Source: Azolla caroliniana (taxonomy: Eukaryota > Plantae > Polypodiophyta). Taken from it: a DNA stretch of 64,000 bases. The translations under genes were made by a program, and so were the position numbers. Of this stretch, positions 1 through 13,356 are shown piece after piece (position 1 is the first letter of the stretch; each line of letters begins with the position of its first letter). The stretch is taken from assembly GCA_043228905.1 (NCBI GenBank), contig JBHGNT010000003.1, positions 11,470,001 to 11,534,000 of the forward strand. Direction: 5' to 3'. The notes beneath the pieces are model-generated. The model saw only the letters and a list, made by a program, of their open reading frames with translations. It was not told where the DNA came from and ran no database searches.

Positions 1-921
1 CCGAGTCGGTTGACTCGGTTGTCGAGTTCGACTTTGGATCGGCTGAAGAAGCCGAGGGCGGACCCGCGGAAAAGTTCGGAAGAGGACAGAAGGGGAGTAG
101 CCGAAGGAGAGAGCCGAAGCCAACCATGCATGGGGAAGATGACGCCATCGAGGGCGAGAAGACCGAAGACAAGTTGGAGACAGCCAACTCGGACGAGAGT
201 GAAAACCGATCGAAGGTAGCCGAGTCGGTTCGGATGTTTGATTCAGATACGCTGAATCAACCGAGGCCCAAGCGGAAGAAAAGGCAGCAGAAGAAGCGTC
301 AACACCGCAACAGCAGAACAGCTGATAAGGGCCACATGAGCAGACAAGCCGACCGGAAGGGTCGAAGCGCGCGGAGTCGAACAGGTCGTGGAGCGCGAGC
401 GAGGCGTGAAGCCAGGAGGAACCGGAGATGTGAGCTCGAAGATCCCGAAGAGCCTCAAGTTGAGCTTGAGGGGGAGTGTTGAGAGACAAGCTCAACATCG
501 GCCGGATCGGCTGAAGAAGCCGAGGACCGGATCGGTTGGGACCGATCGGTTAGGCCGAATGCGTAAACCGGTACGCAGACCGGTGCGTAGGTAGGGCCGG
601 ATCGGTGCGTAAACCAGGAGGCCGTTAGGAAAGATATTCCGTGAGGAATATATTTGGGAGTTAGTGTAGGAGCTCTTAATGAGCATTGAAGTACTGTCAG
701 TACTTCGGTCAGTCCTTCTAGGACTTGTATAAAAGTGTTCATTGAACACACATATGTATAGAGTGTGGTGAATAGAGATTGAGTACCTTTTTTGAATATA
801 GTTCTTGTTTTTTCTCTCTCTCTCACTCTCTCTATCTCTCCCGCGTATACTGCGTAAGCTCAAGCTCTCCATTAAACCTGAGTTTTCTTCCTTCTGTTCG
901 GTCTTCATACTTGCTTCTACA
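1..921 (+). mobile_element. 3' part of an LTR (unknown family) inserted into the gag of the neighbouring element
   Basis: Repetitive ccgagtcgg/ccgatcgg U3-like region, TATAAAA at ~728, CT-rich tract, ends ...ttctaCA at 921. From 922 the sequence aligns with the gag at ~48835. Confidence 0.55.
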
Positions 922-2782
922 CGTTACTTTTTACTGACACATGCCTCAAGAGCACTTTGAGATTGCCGAAGTTCGGTCATTTGTTGAGCGGTGAAACTAA
1001 GGTATTGGCTTATTTGTGCCAAATACATCTCAGTGGACATTTGTCCAGGAGGATTCCCTTGAGTTCCTTCCGGTTGAGCGGATGACATTGGGTCGTTAAT
1101 TTGAGCCATTAAAGATTATTTCTGGAAAAGAAATAGGAGAAGGTCAGAGAGATAGTCACAACATCATGTCGTGATGTAAACATATCATGGGCAAACATTA
1201 ATCGATATCATGATCTCACGTCAATACCCCTCTAGACGTATGAGATGAGGTTCAAGATCAGGTTACTATGGTAACACAAAGGTGTTTTAAAAACCATGGG
1301 GGTGACAATTTAATGTCTTTCCTTGATCTCTATATCGATTTTTTCATGGCAGCTCCCCGAGGCTCAACCATGTATGTTTGCGTCATGAGTAGTTAATACA
1401 CGAAAAAAATGTTAACAATAAACTATGTTTTTTTGCCCACATATGTGGTTTCGGCTCTTTAAGTCCTATTACGAGGACCCCGAGGTGCACTTAGACCTTA
1501 AGTCTAAACATGTGTTATAGTCATATGTATCAAGGATGTTGTACGGTCTTGGTCATATTTGAACTCGAGACCTCGAGAACAAATACATTAAACACTTGAG
1601 CCAACCAAGTAAGTTGCTCTTCTCGAATGCTTAATGTTTGATGCGTATAAAAGATATGCGAGGCATTTGATCATATATGTTTTTTTTAAAAGAACATATA
1701 TGTCAAGGGTCCTTATTTCGCCCTCATTTACCAAAACTATGTTGGTACGTTACCTAACCTCAAGGCTCGTAATTACGATGGCATACGCCAAAGTGCAACC
1801 TAATGGTCAAGCGAAATGAGCCCTCGTTTCGTAGTAGGCCCACGTGGCCCATCACATGGTAACGTCATTACGAATGCCTCTCGTAAGAAAGAGCTCATGG
1901 TGGCATCGTATCCATGTAACGAGGGAGGGATGTTGGATACGTGTGTCATTGGAGCGACCTCACTTGAAGTGGGTCAAGCCCTACGTACTCAACATCATTA
2001 TGGCTATAGGAATTTCTTTACGTAACGAAATCGAGGTCATCAACGGGGTTGTCAACAATAAAAAATTGTTGAAAAAGGGATGGTGACAACACCATTCTCA
2101 CAAAAATGTGAGGACGGCCACCAACATCCTTTTCCCGACAAGGACAACTTTTGATATAATCACGTAATAACGAATATACACATACGTTTACTTATCACAT
2201 ATATACGATCAAATACGTATATACATGACCACATATGCCTATATTGAACATATCGTTATATTAAATAGCCACAAATGATGTGATCAAGATACGTAATCGA
2301 GGTATATACCTCTACGCACACAAAACATCCACAAATAAGAGATCATCGTAATACGCAATTGAGGTATTGACCTCTTACGCATACGAGACCAAACACATAT
2401 CCTTTACAACAAATCAAGGTATTAAACTCATACACAAACGTAACATATGTTCGTGAACGTAATACGTAATTGAGGTATTAACCTCGTACGCATATGACAC
2501 TCATCACATATTATTTATATGTCAAACGAGGTATTGACCTCGTGCACATATGTAAACGTTTCAGATAATCAATTAAAGACCACTACAACATCATTGACTT
2601 AATGAAAAAAATGACATATAAACTAAACACATGATTAGATGGGAGAAGATAGAATAGAATTTTTTTTACGGAAAGAGTTACCGAAGTTCTTTGTTGAACG
2701 TTGTCTGGATCAAGGCCGACCGCACATCGATCGATCACCATCAATCAAAAGAAAAAAGACAAACAAAGAAACATTAGTACAT

Positions 2783-2795
2783 AGCTCTGATACCA
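2783..2795 (-). promoter_or_regulatory. Primer binding site, tRNA-Met(i)
   Basis: Minus strand reads TGGTATCAGAGCT, 2 nt after the LTR. Confidence 0.85.
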
Positions 2796-2797
2796 AA

Positions 2798-3252
2798 TAT
2801 TAGAGATCTAGGTACTAAAGTAAGCTTAAGATAAGGATAAACTAATGATAGATAGAAAGGAGAAAGAGAAACAAGGGTGTTGATCCACACAACCACCCCC
2901 GAGCGAAGGGATCGAGATGGACTCGAGCCTCGATCAGCGTCCCATACCACCGTCGTGGAGTCGAGTCGTACCTAGTGCTGGCGTGCTTGCTACAAGAGTT
3001 GACCCATCACAAGAGCAGAGTCTCGATGTAGTCAAAAGATGATCCAATGAGGGTAGCTAGGCCTCTTATTTATAGCAATACCCAAGGCCCCCAAGAAAGT
3101 TCACACTTGACCTAATGGGTTGTCTCAATCTCGAGGATTAAAAGTAATCCTCCCCTTCTTTACACTCTCGTTTAACCCTCACACTTATCCACGTGTATAG
3201 AATACTACGGTAAATTCTCACCACGGGATATTAAATGGTCATGCTTGTAACA
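2798..3252 (-). repeat. 5' LTR of family A
   Basis: About 455 bp, similar to 44988-45433, adjacent to the PBS. Confidence 0.85.
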
Positions 3253-5899
3253 TAGATCGTGCACTAGATGGCCTTTCGTGGGAGCTCTTGTCAGGTAGCA
3301 CCTTAGATTTTGGAATCGTAGGCTGAAATCAACGACTGACTCTTGCTGGAGCTACCCAATAGAGTAGAATTGGGCGATAATCTCGCATTGCGGAATGCTT
3401 TGGTGAAAGAAGTGTAAAAAAGCCAAGTGGAGTTGGTTGAAGAGGCGAAAGTCGTGATGTCGACCTAGGAATGCCAACGGGCGGCGCGTCCGTCGAGAGT
3501 CAGGCCAAACTCTATGATTTTGGATGTGGGCTTCGACTTCCGGAAGCCGCTACGACACATGGTTCGCATTCCAAACATTTAGGAATGACCGAGCGTGACC
3601 TTCGGTGTCGGTTTCTCCGCTAAACTAAGAGTATGAGAAAGCCATCATAGTAGATTGTTCGGGGTTGGGGTAAATACTTCTGACGCGGTGTGGGGAGGTT
3701 TGTGTTGTGCTGGTGGTTTCACTATGGTTGTAAAGTGGGGATAGGACCTCTTGCTGAGTCCCACTTTGCTCAGTGAGTATCGGCTCGAGTGTACTCTCCG
3801 AGAGATCCGGCAGGCAGTTGTTGAGGCATTTTCTTTGCGCAATGCGTTCTGCTATACCTTCGGGTTTCGGCCCATGTCTGTAATCTAGCTTGACGAATTG
3901 GTTCTTTGTTGCGTCGGAGGCTGGACATCCATTCCCTGATGTTCGACTGTGAAAATTACAAATTGCCAGGCGTGCCAAAAGTGTTTTCGGCTAGGGTAAA
4001 CACGGCCTACCCTCCGTCCTTCGAGGTATGGTCAAAAAGATTATGGTGCAAGGAATGGAGAGCATATGTAGGCTATTCATGAATGGTTGTGAGCATAGTG
4101 CGTAGCATGACGTACGTTTAGGGGAAAGAGAAGTAGGAAGATGGCTACCACTGACTTCCTTCGCACGATGCGTAATATTTACACAGAATCAGTTACACTA
4201 ATAATCACAGATAGGGTATATGCACCAACTGAGAGACACAATGATTTGGAGCAACAAAACTATATTCAAAGATTAACTGAAAGTCAACACTAGTCTTTAC
4301 AAGTTTCCCATGACCTTTATATACAGGGTCATGGTCGGTTACGTTTTGAGCGCGAGCCATTACAGGCGTTCATAACGCTTTAGTTTATACCTACGGCCTC
4401 ATAATTACGCTACAGATGTTTCTAGCCCTATGCCCTATGGTTGTTTCTATCCCTATGCCTTCCTTTTCTTCCGCCTTTTCCCACTTGGCCAACTTATGCA
4501 ACCAACAATGCCTGAAAGTGGCTAAGGGCGAGGAATTGACCGGTGCTGCGTTTACTGCTTGCTCGAAGGCCCGTATCCATGCATGTAGTAAGCAAAATAT
4601 TGGTTCGTAACAAAAATGACTTAGAAAAATAAAGAATAAAGTTATTTCCTATTAAACTAGTGATTGTAAAGAAGCTACATACCTTCACAACACCAAGGTA
4701 TTTTAGCAAGACACTAGATAAGACTTTCGCCCTAGATGATATATGGGTTCTCATGAGAAAGAATGGTCAATTTCCTTTTAATGAAGTAAAATCCACACCT
4801 TGACGCCCGGAATCCCGTAACGAGTGAATGTTTATTAGGAACCGAACTGATGGGCTTTCCCTAAAGTAACACCAAAAGTCTACCTCCTTTCGTGCGTCCT
4901 TCGCTCCTCCTAAATAAATTCACTTTCTCTAAAGTAGCCCAATGGATTGTTAACAAGTTCTACGATATAGGTAACTTCAAGCCAACCAAGTACTTTAGCA
5001 CCTTATTGCATACATGTTCGAACTTAACTCCAGGTCGCGTATAATCACTCTCATTCCAGCCAGGGAAACGATGAAGTATAATGATTTACGGCATGACTCT
5101 ACAGTTTTGCTGTCACCACTTGTAATTTGAGTCGATACCCAAACACGGATTATGCCCTCTACGCAGACAGAGAACTGCCCAACCTAGCTGCGCAAGTTGC
5201 TTGCTTGCCTCCTTCTGTAGAAGAACTTGTTGCTTAAGTTTTATTAGCATAGGTGAAGGCCTTTCCGCTGTCTGTGAGGCGGATAACGGACAATCTCACT
5301 GATTGCATTGTTTTATTGACTTCCCCATGACACCACCTTTTTGGTGGATAAATGGCCTTTATGTTGCTGTTAGTTGAGGTAGCCTGATGAACCAGTGCAG
5401 CAGAATTTTTTTTTGGTTATAGAATGACTGATCTCGTTCACTTGCTTCTAATCAAATGCCAGCAAAGAAGTACCCGTATAGATAGCAGAGGTTGCGACCT
5501 ATTCTTGTAGAGAAAACAACTTCGAAAATGATAAACCGTAGGTACCAATGGGTTCGATCAGTCCCTAGAGTTTGCTAGGTGATATCTATACGGCAAGGAG
5601 GATATGAAGTTATCCCTATTGATAGGGTTTATAAGTCAAAGGATATTCGTACACAATATGAGGGCTTGACCAAGCAGATTAGAGAGAGTTGTGAATTAAA
5701 ATAGATTATAACGACCATGGTATCTACGAATTAGAGAGGGAGACTCAAAAAATTAACACAAAAGATAGAGAAGATGAGAAAGGGGTAAGATTGTTATAAT
5801 ATTCGATTATCAAGACCATACAAAGGAGAAGACCACATTATTTGGTGTCATCGGCACCATCTTTAGTACAAATACCATGATATAATATAGATGACCGTT

Positions 5900-7280
5900 T
5901 ATCTTTTTGTCAGGATAATTGATGTTGATGAAAATCAAGGACATGGCAAGCCAAAATTTGGTGCCGGTTAGCGATAAGGCAAGATGGTTGTTGTGGATGT
6001 AAGAAGCAATTTTCTTATGAGCGATAAGGAAGAGTGTAGATGGAGTGGGGGTTAATGAAGCATGTTATCATGAGTTGGTGAGGGATTTTTTTTACATTAA
6101 TTTGTTTGTGGTCTATATGGCAAGATGCTTGATGGAAGGAAGTCAAGTACATGTCAAGAAAAATTTTGGTGCCAATTAGCAAGAAGGCGAGATGGTTGTC
6201 ATGGATGATGCTTGATGGAATTTGGTGTCATGGGATGGAGTGAAGAAGAGTTTAGGTTTCATATTAGGGAGTGCAACAAACAAGATAATCTTCTAGTTGT
6301 TGTCATGTAGTTATTGTCTTATACAGCTTATTAATGACAAGAGGATGAGTGACGAGGGTGTGGGGGTTGAAGCAAATATATGAGGGGATGAGGAAACTTT
6401 ATATTTTATATGTGTAGACATGGAAGTTTTTATAGTTGGTAAGGATGAATGATGGTGTTGACGGGGGATTGAAGCGCATGTTAAGGAGGGGATACACACA
6501 ATACATTTATGCTATTATTGTTTATACAGGTTTTAGGAGCTAAACGAATAGATGGGTGACGTAGAAATGAAGCACATTGTTGATGTGCAAAATGAAGAGA
6601 TTAGGAGGAGTATCACGACAGGTTCAAAATGGTATAAATTGAGATAGGTGATGTGGTATTGAAGCAATTTGTCTAGTTTTTCGAGATGTGAGAATGGTGG
6701 TGGTATGGGCTGAAGCAAGGTTTGATGTGGGGGCATGTTTTAATTTCATGGTGATGATTGATGATGGCGGTAAGAATTGAAGCACGTGTCCCGTTTTGTT
6801 GTTGTTTGTTTGACAGGACCTTGATGGTAATCGGTTAATAGGTGAGATGTTGAATGGGACTGAATGAAGCAGTTTTTTCTGTGATAAGGATGAGTGAAGA
6901 CGGTGGGGGGGTCGAAGCCGATTATGACGAGTAGGTGAGGAAACTTGTAAACTGTTTTTGTGTTGTTAATACAGGTTTTGCGTGGACATTGGCAAGATGC
7001 TAGTCGATGAGTTGGCTGATGTGGACTGAAGGAAGCATTTTTATGAGATAAGGATGAGTGAAGATGGTGGTGGGGTCGAGGTTGAATAGCATGAGTGGGT
7101 GAGGAAATTTTTATACTGAGTTTTGTTGATTATGCAGGATTTTAGTGGACTTTGGCAAGATGCTGCAACATGCTAATCGCCGAGATGGATGAGTGAAGAT
7201 GGTGGTGCCGTTGAAGCATACTATAGAGAGTGGGTGAGGAAAACTTTAGATTAACTGCCTGTGTTAATACAGAATGTTTA
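5900..7280. repeat. Degenerate tandem repeats, probably retroelement-derived
   Basis: Recurring gataaggatgagtgaagatggtgg...gtgaggaaa...caggtttt...ggcaagatgct units of roughly 120-180 bp. Confidence 0.5.
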
Positions 7281-9181
7281 TGGACAGTGCCAACTTATCA
7301 AACAATTATGTGGGTTAAAAAAGACAAAGGCTTCACACGCTTATAACACTAGACAATGGAAGTATGCAAGCCACAATCTTTAAACTAGGGGGACATATAG
7401 TTTGCATTCAGTATGGAGGCCTTGACAATCTTCTCGAGGCATCAAACAAAAAGAAAAATAGAGGGTATTGGGATCTTGAATGGAACATCCCTTGAGGACT
7501 CTTGATCACCCGGAACGGGTGAAAGAAGATGGCTATTTACAACCTACAACATGTTATGGACATTGAAGGTTCTTGATTGCATAACAAAAGGGTATAGATT
7601 GCATTTTACCTCGTTTGGTAGACCTTTGTGGAAGCTTTTTATAGAACAATTTTCAGATTGATTGTTTACTTTACTCTATGCTGGAGTCAAAACTTTTCAT
7701 CAAAACTTTTGTTTTTTCAACCAGCATCTTATAAAGATGTTTTGGGGAAATTTTTGTATGTTGTTATGACTTTTCTAAATACTAATGGAAGTATACTTTC
7801 TTTTGAAAAAAAAAAAGACCACATAATTTGAACTAAAAAACCAAAGACCTTCTTACTTCCAATCACTCAAACACACTACTAAGACCCTTCCTCTTCCACT
7901 AAGACACCTCTTCCCAAGCCTCCTCCTCCTCTATTAGGACCCCTCTTCTAAGACTATCACTTCCTCCTTTATAATTTTCTTCTTCTTCCTCGTTCACACT
8001 ATTTTTAGAAGCTCTTTATCTCCTAATTTTAGCTAAGACCCAGCGACCTTCTAATCGTCATATCTCCCTCATCCGAGCTTCACATTTAGAGATTTAAAAT
8101 GCTATAGATAGCTCTCTTTACAAGATTTCTAACCCATAATTCAATGTGATATTTGGGTTACAAACGAAAGAGTTATGACCATTCTTGTTTTCCTGTTTTT
8201 TATGGCCTGCTTTTTCTCTTTTCACTTTCACTTTTACTTTTGACTTCTTCTTAACGTCTTGGTTCGTGTTCTTAGCCTCCAAATGTGAATTATCCATACT
8301 TTATATTCTTCTAATGTTCAATGGCTTGAATTCTAAAAACACTTTCACACCTACGGAATCCAATCCCTGTGGTCCTAAATCGGTCCCGAAGCATTAGTCT
8401 GGTACCTATTGCAATCAGTCTCTATGGTACACTATACAACCAGTCCCGAACCCAAAGGTTTGCTACATTGCCTTTGTAGGCATAGTTGGTACGGATGCTC
8501 ACTGAGATTGGGAATCCCTGCTTCATGTGGATTGTGTCGTATTCTCTTTGCTTATTGCAGATGTGGTAATCAAGGCTTTGCTTTGTATTCTCGAAGTACG
8601 AACCCTAGCTGATCGCTTTGTATCCTTTCAACTATTGAGGACCTACAATTGCTTGGCATTCTCTATGGCCATGATTGTATCACAGTTGGTTCAGGCGGGA
8701 ATCAATCAAATCACCACTTTTCACGCGCCCACTGGTTCATCCTGGAGGAACCGCACATGAGTAATTCAGACTATTTCTCTAGTCAATTTCGCGTGACCAT
8801 AAGATGCAATTCTGCAAGCGAGAAAAGGGACTCGAAACCTCAACTCCAACCTTGGCAAGGCTATACTCTACCATTAAGCTATTTCCGCCAGTGGAACCAA
8901 AGCCGACTGCGGTTCTTCCCCCGTAGAGAAAGCGTTATAGTTTTCGGGGGAAGAACTGTAATGAAGACTACATTGCGGTTCCCTTGGAACTATTGACTTG
9001 AGACTTTGATGACTCATCAATAAGCCCATGCCTAGAGAGATTCAATCTATCCTGTATTCGAAGTTTGGTGCTCGAGCTACAGGCACAAGTTGACCTTACA
9101 GACCGAACAGAGGCTATAAAATCTAATGCTTAGCTTAGAAGGTTGTAAGATAAGACTAGACTTAGCCCGAAAAACAAACGT

Positions 9182-10576
9182 TGTCGTGAAAATACCACGA
9201 GGACACGTGAACTTGAGGCAAGACCCCGGGGCCTCCCACTAGAGGATATCACCCTGCGCCTCGTTTCACGTTGGGTTCACCAAAGATATCGTGAAAATAC
9301 GACAAGGATACGTGAACTTGAGGCAGGACCCCGGGGCCTCCAACCAGAGAATATCAAATTCGTGTGTTTATGTACTAAGAATTAACCGAAATAAGAAAGA
9401 TTGACAAATTTCATTAACAAATAGAAAGAAATATTACAATTAATCCCAAGATTGGGATTACAAAAAGTTTAGATAATGGAGATTGCTAGAGTAATAGATT
9501 AGAAGTATTTGAGATATGGATTCGATAGAAAATTAGGGTTTTTTGGCTTTGATAAGAGATTATGGTTTATGAGTTCCATAGCTTCCGTATGGAAAATTTG
9601 GAATTATGAGTGATAGATCACCTAAGAAAATTCGGATTCTTCCTTTTTGTCTCTCACCCATACACTTGCATGACGGAACTTCAAATTGCATCTCCATCCC
9701 TTTGCATGCATTCCACATGGCATTTTTACTTTAGTTACATGTTCTCTCCACTTTATCTTTTCATGCCTTCCATATGATCTTTACTTTATGCATGCTCTCC
9801 AACATTAGTTGCATGAGTCCACATGGCCTTTACTTTAGTTTTCTTTACTTTACTTTAATTCGCCGCATGATCCAATCCATCCGGTCCGCGTCCAGCCTCG
9901 TCCGGTCGCTGGTTCCATCCGGTCGCCGGTTCCGGTTCTTGGTTGCAGGCTCCGCCTAGTTTCCAGCTCCATTCGATTGCCGGTTTCGCCAGTTCCGGTT
10001 TGATGACCGGCCAGTTTCAGTTTGATTGCCGACCGGTTTCGGTTTGATTGCCGACTACTTCCAGTATGTTTTTGGGCTGGTTCCGGTTTGATTATCGACC
10101 GGTTTTGGTTTGGTTTTCGACCGGTTCCAATTTGGTTTTCGGCTTACCGCCCAGTTCTGAATTGATTTCCGGCCAGTTCCGGATTGGTTTCCAACCAATT
10201 CTGGTTACATTACCGACCGATTCCATTTGATTGCCAATCGGTTTTTGAGAACTTGGCCACATTCATCCATTTAGACAAAGTGGCCAAAGTGCTCTTAGAA
10301 CAAATGAAAAATGAGGGATCTCAATGTGCTTATATAGCCAGGGCCTTAAGTTTCCTATCTATGTGGGATAAATCATAGTTCTATTTTCCCTATCTTCTTA
10401 AACTTCATGTTCTCATAACTTGATATGTAGTTGTCCATTTTGTATGTTGTAAAATGCGTTTTGAAGCTCTTGAGTACATACATCTTTCTATAACAAGCTG
10501 CTAATCGAATCTAAATTAATTCTTTCATTATTTTTTTTACATAGTTTTTATAGCGTGTGTGAAAAACCACACGACA
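9182..10576 (-). repeat. 3' LTR of family B
   Basis: Direct repeat of 18181-19872, with a ccggtt-rich microrepeat block. Confidence 0.9.
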
Positions 10577-11974
10577 TTCATCCCCACCAAACCCGCACAT
10601 CCACTGGTATGTGCCAATTGTAGTGAGGTTCCTCTTTTGATTATTCTGCTTCATAGATATTTCTTCTTTATACCCGAACCGCCGTTGCCATCCGATCCAC
10701 CAAATTATTCATTCAGTCTTTGCATTTCCATGACCGGTTGTGATGGCTCTCTTTGCTCCTCTTGAGCATAATGCTTCAGGTCTTGTGCACGTGCCACCTT
10801 CGTCTTGGCCATCTCCTTGGTCATCTAACTTTCTTTTATCATCCTTTCTTGTTCCATGCATGCCTTTCAAAGGCCTTATTGAAGTACTACTGTTGAGTAC
10901 TCTTAGTGGTTCATTCTTCAACTGCATGCACATCTCGAGGTCCTTAAGTGAACACATTTCATGCTTCTCACTTTTTCTACTTTCGTGGTATACTTTGGAG
11001 TTGACCATGACTTTCTTGTTGCACGCATTAGCTTCAACGCTTGCTTCCTCGCCGCCACCGTCCTTCTCTTGGGTCTTACATCGGTTAATGCCCAAGTCTC
11101 TTGAACGAGTGTGGATAAATTTATATGATTTTGTAGTTTGTCTTTGCCTTTGCCGTACTACCCTTAGCCACTTCCACCTTATGGTTGTCTACTTTGGCTT
11201 TGACCTTTGTTTCTTCGCCACCGCCTTCTGTGCCTTGGGTCTTGCATCGGTTAATGCCCAAGTCTCAAGAACTTTTGTGGGGAAAGTCTCTTCATGATCA
11301 TCGTCTACCCTCTTCATCTTGACGTCTCCCTCTTCTTCGCATGTGTTAGCTTCGGCCTTCATTTCCTCGCCGCCACCTTCCGTCTCTTGGGTCTCACGTT
11401 TGCTTTTCGACGCATCTGCCCAAGTCTCTGGAACAAGTGTGGAGAAAGTCTCAACACGGCCATCCACCATTGACTTTTCCATAGCCACCTTTGACTTGAT
11501 GTCGTTTTTCGTGGCTAACTGTCAGGAATAGTACTAAAGCAGAGATGGAATTAGTACTAAGAAGAGCAATACTATTAGTACTAAGAGGACGGGACTACGT
11601 AAGATTCCCGAGAGAGGAAGTGAGAAGAGGAGAGAAAGAGATAGCGAGGATGAGAGAGAGAGAAAGATGATGACAACAACTAATATATTCTGTGAAAAGA
11701 TAAGTACAAGCGGCTAAGAGGCTTAAGACTGGCGTTGAACCAATTTGGTTCAAAACAATGCCTTGTGCCTCCTTTTATAGTGGTTTTAGGAATAATCCTG
11801 AAGCTTCTAGAATGTTCCAGAGAGATCTGGAATATACATCAATTTTCTATGATAAAGCATAAATGAAAATAATATCCTACAAATTACAATTCATAGTCTA
11901 ATGGTAAGAGCTCGACCCATGTAGCATAAGGTCATGGGTTCGAGTCTTGCCATATCATGACACTATCTCTCCCT

Positions 11975-13356
11975 TAAAGAAGACGAGTAGAACGAGTCGG
12001 CGTTTATTGCGGACCAGGTTTGTCCGGATACTTTCGGTGGAAATCAGCAAGAAGATCCTGTGCATTGGCAACATGCTCGACGGGTTCTCAAGTACGTTCG
12101 CTCGAACTATAACCGAGCCAATCGACCAAGTAATAAATTTTGTTGCGAACAAGTTTGGAATCGAGGATGGCAGCAACTTCATACTCCGGGCCGGCGTCCA
12201 ACTCCAGCGGGGGCGGCGGCGGTGTCACACGATCGGGAATGGTGTTTGCTTTATACGGTTCAAGAAGAGAACAATGGAAAACCGGATGTATCTGAAGCTG
12301 CGGAGGGAGATCAAGGCGGAATGTGACATCATTAATCTTACCCGTAATACGGAAGGGACCGAGTCGTCGATAATCCAACTTGTCGCACGGTCGAGTAGTC
12401 TTGATGTGACGACGTAAGAGCCATACTCGATCTCCGATGGCAAAAGAGGAGGGAATCCGATGATGATCCGCATAAGTCTTCTGTGTGCGTTGAGCATGAC
12501 GAAGGTGAGTAGAGAGATCCATCTGGATCTTGCGTAGCCTCTCCAAATGATCCTCGGCACGAGGGTTGGTAGGTAGCTCCGGGGTGTCGATCACCGACCA
12601 GTGAGGATGGAAACCGGCATAAGCGAAAAATGGGGAGACCCGAGTCGAGGAGTGAATAACATTATTATACGCAAACTCCGCAAAGTGGAGAATCTCGGCC
12701 CAATCGTCCTGTTGATAACTCAAGAAACACCGGAGATATTGCTCCAGCGTTTGGTTTGTTCGTTCCGCCTGCCCGTCAGTCTGTGGATGGTAGCCGGACG
12801 AGAGGTTGCAGGAGACCTTGAGCATCTTGAAGAGATGCTGCCAAAATTTGGAGACAAATTGCGGTCCTCGGTCATTGATGATGCTGTCTGGGAGGCCATG
12901 ATGACGAAATACCTCACGCATAACAAGGGCGGTAGTTTCCTCGCTAGTGATGGCTTTAGTACACGGCACAAAATGTGCCATCTTCATATATCGATCGATG
13001 ACGGTTAGGATACCATTGAACCCCTTCGAGACCGGCAGATCTGTGATAAAATGAAGACAAATAGACTACCACGGCTTACTTGGAATCGGTAAGGGTTCCA
13101 ACAAGCCATATGGATGGTGTCGTGGCATCTTTGCTCGGCAGCAAGCATCACAGGTCCAAACGTAGTCATCGACAAAACGGTGCATGTGGGGCCACCAAAA
13201 AGATCGTTGCACTAGCTCCAACGTCTTAGTACTACCGAAATGTCCTATCGTATGGGTGTCGTGACAATGCTGGACGATTTGAAGGCGACAGGAGCAATCG
13301 GGGACATATACACGCTTTTTAAAGAATAACAAACCATCATGATATTCGAATTGTCA
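11975..13356 (-). pseudogene. Integrase plus chromodomain, with frameshifts and stops
   Basis: HHCC zinc finger, DRGPQF, HPQTDGQAERTNQ, GPF motif, EYEVAAILDSK..YYLVDWLGY chromodomain. Confidence 0.9.

Larger units (their letters stand above)
922..3252 (-). mobile_element. 5' portion of a Ty3/gypsy element (family A): 5' LTR, PBS, long 5'UTR, gag start
   Basis: Homologous to the element at 44988-50223. Gag start MAQINDPMSS at 1109 matches MAQNNDPLSS at 49021. Confidence 0.85.

Noticed and set aside
3253-5900. Possible further LTR or mitochondrial spacer pieces
   Set aside because: No termini, TSD or coding motifs could be fixed by eye.
11887-11958. Functional tRNA genes in LTRs
   Set aside because: Only A and B boxes are recognisable; acceptor and anticodon stems do not form a proper cloverleaf.
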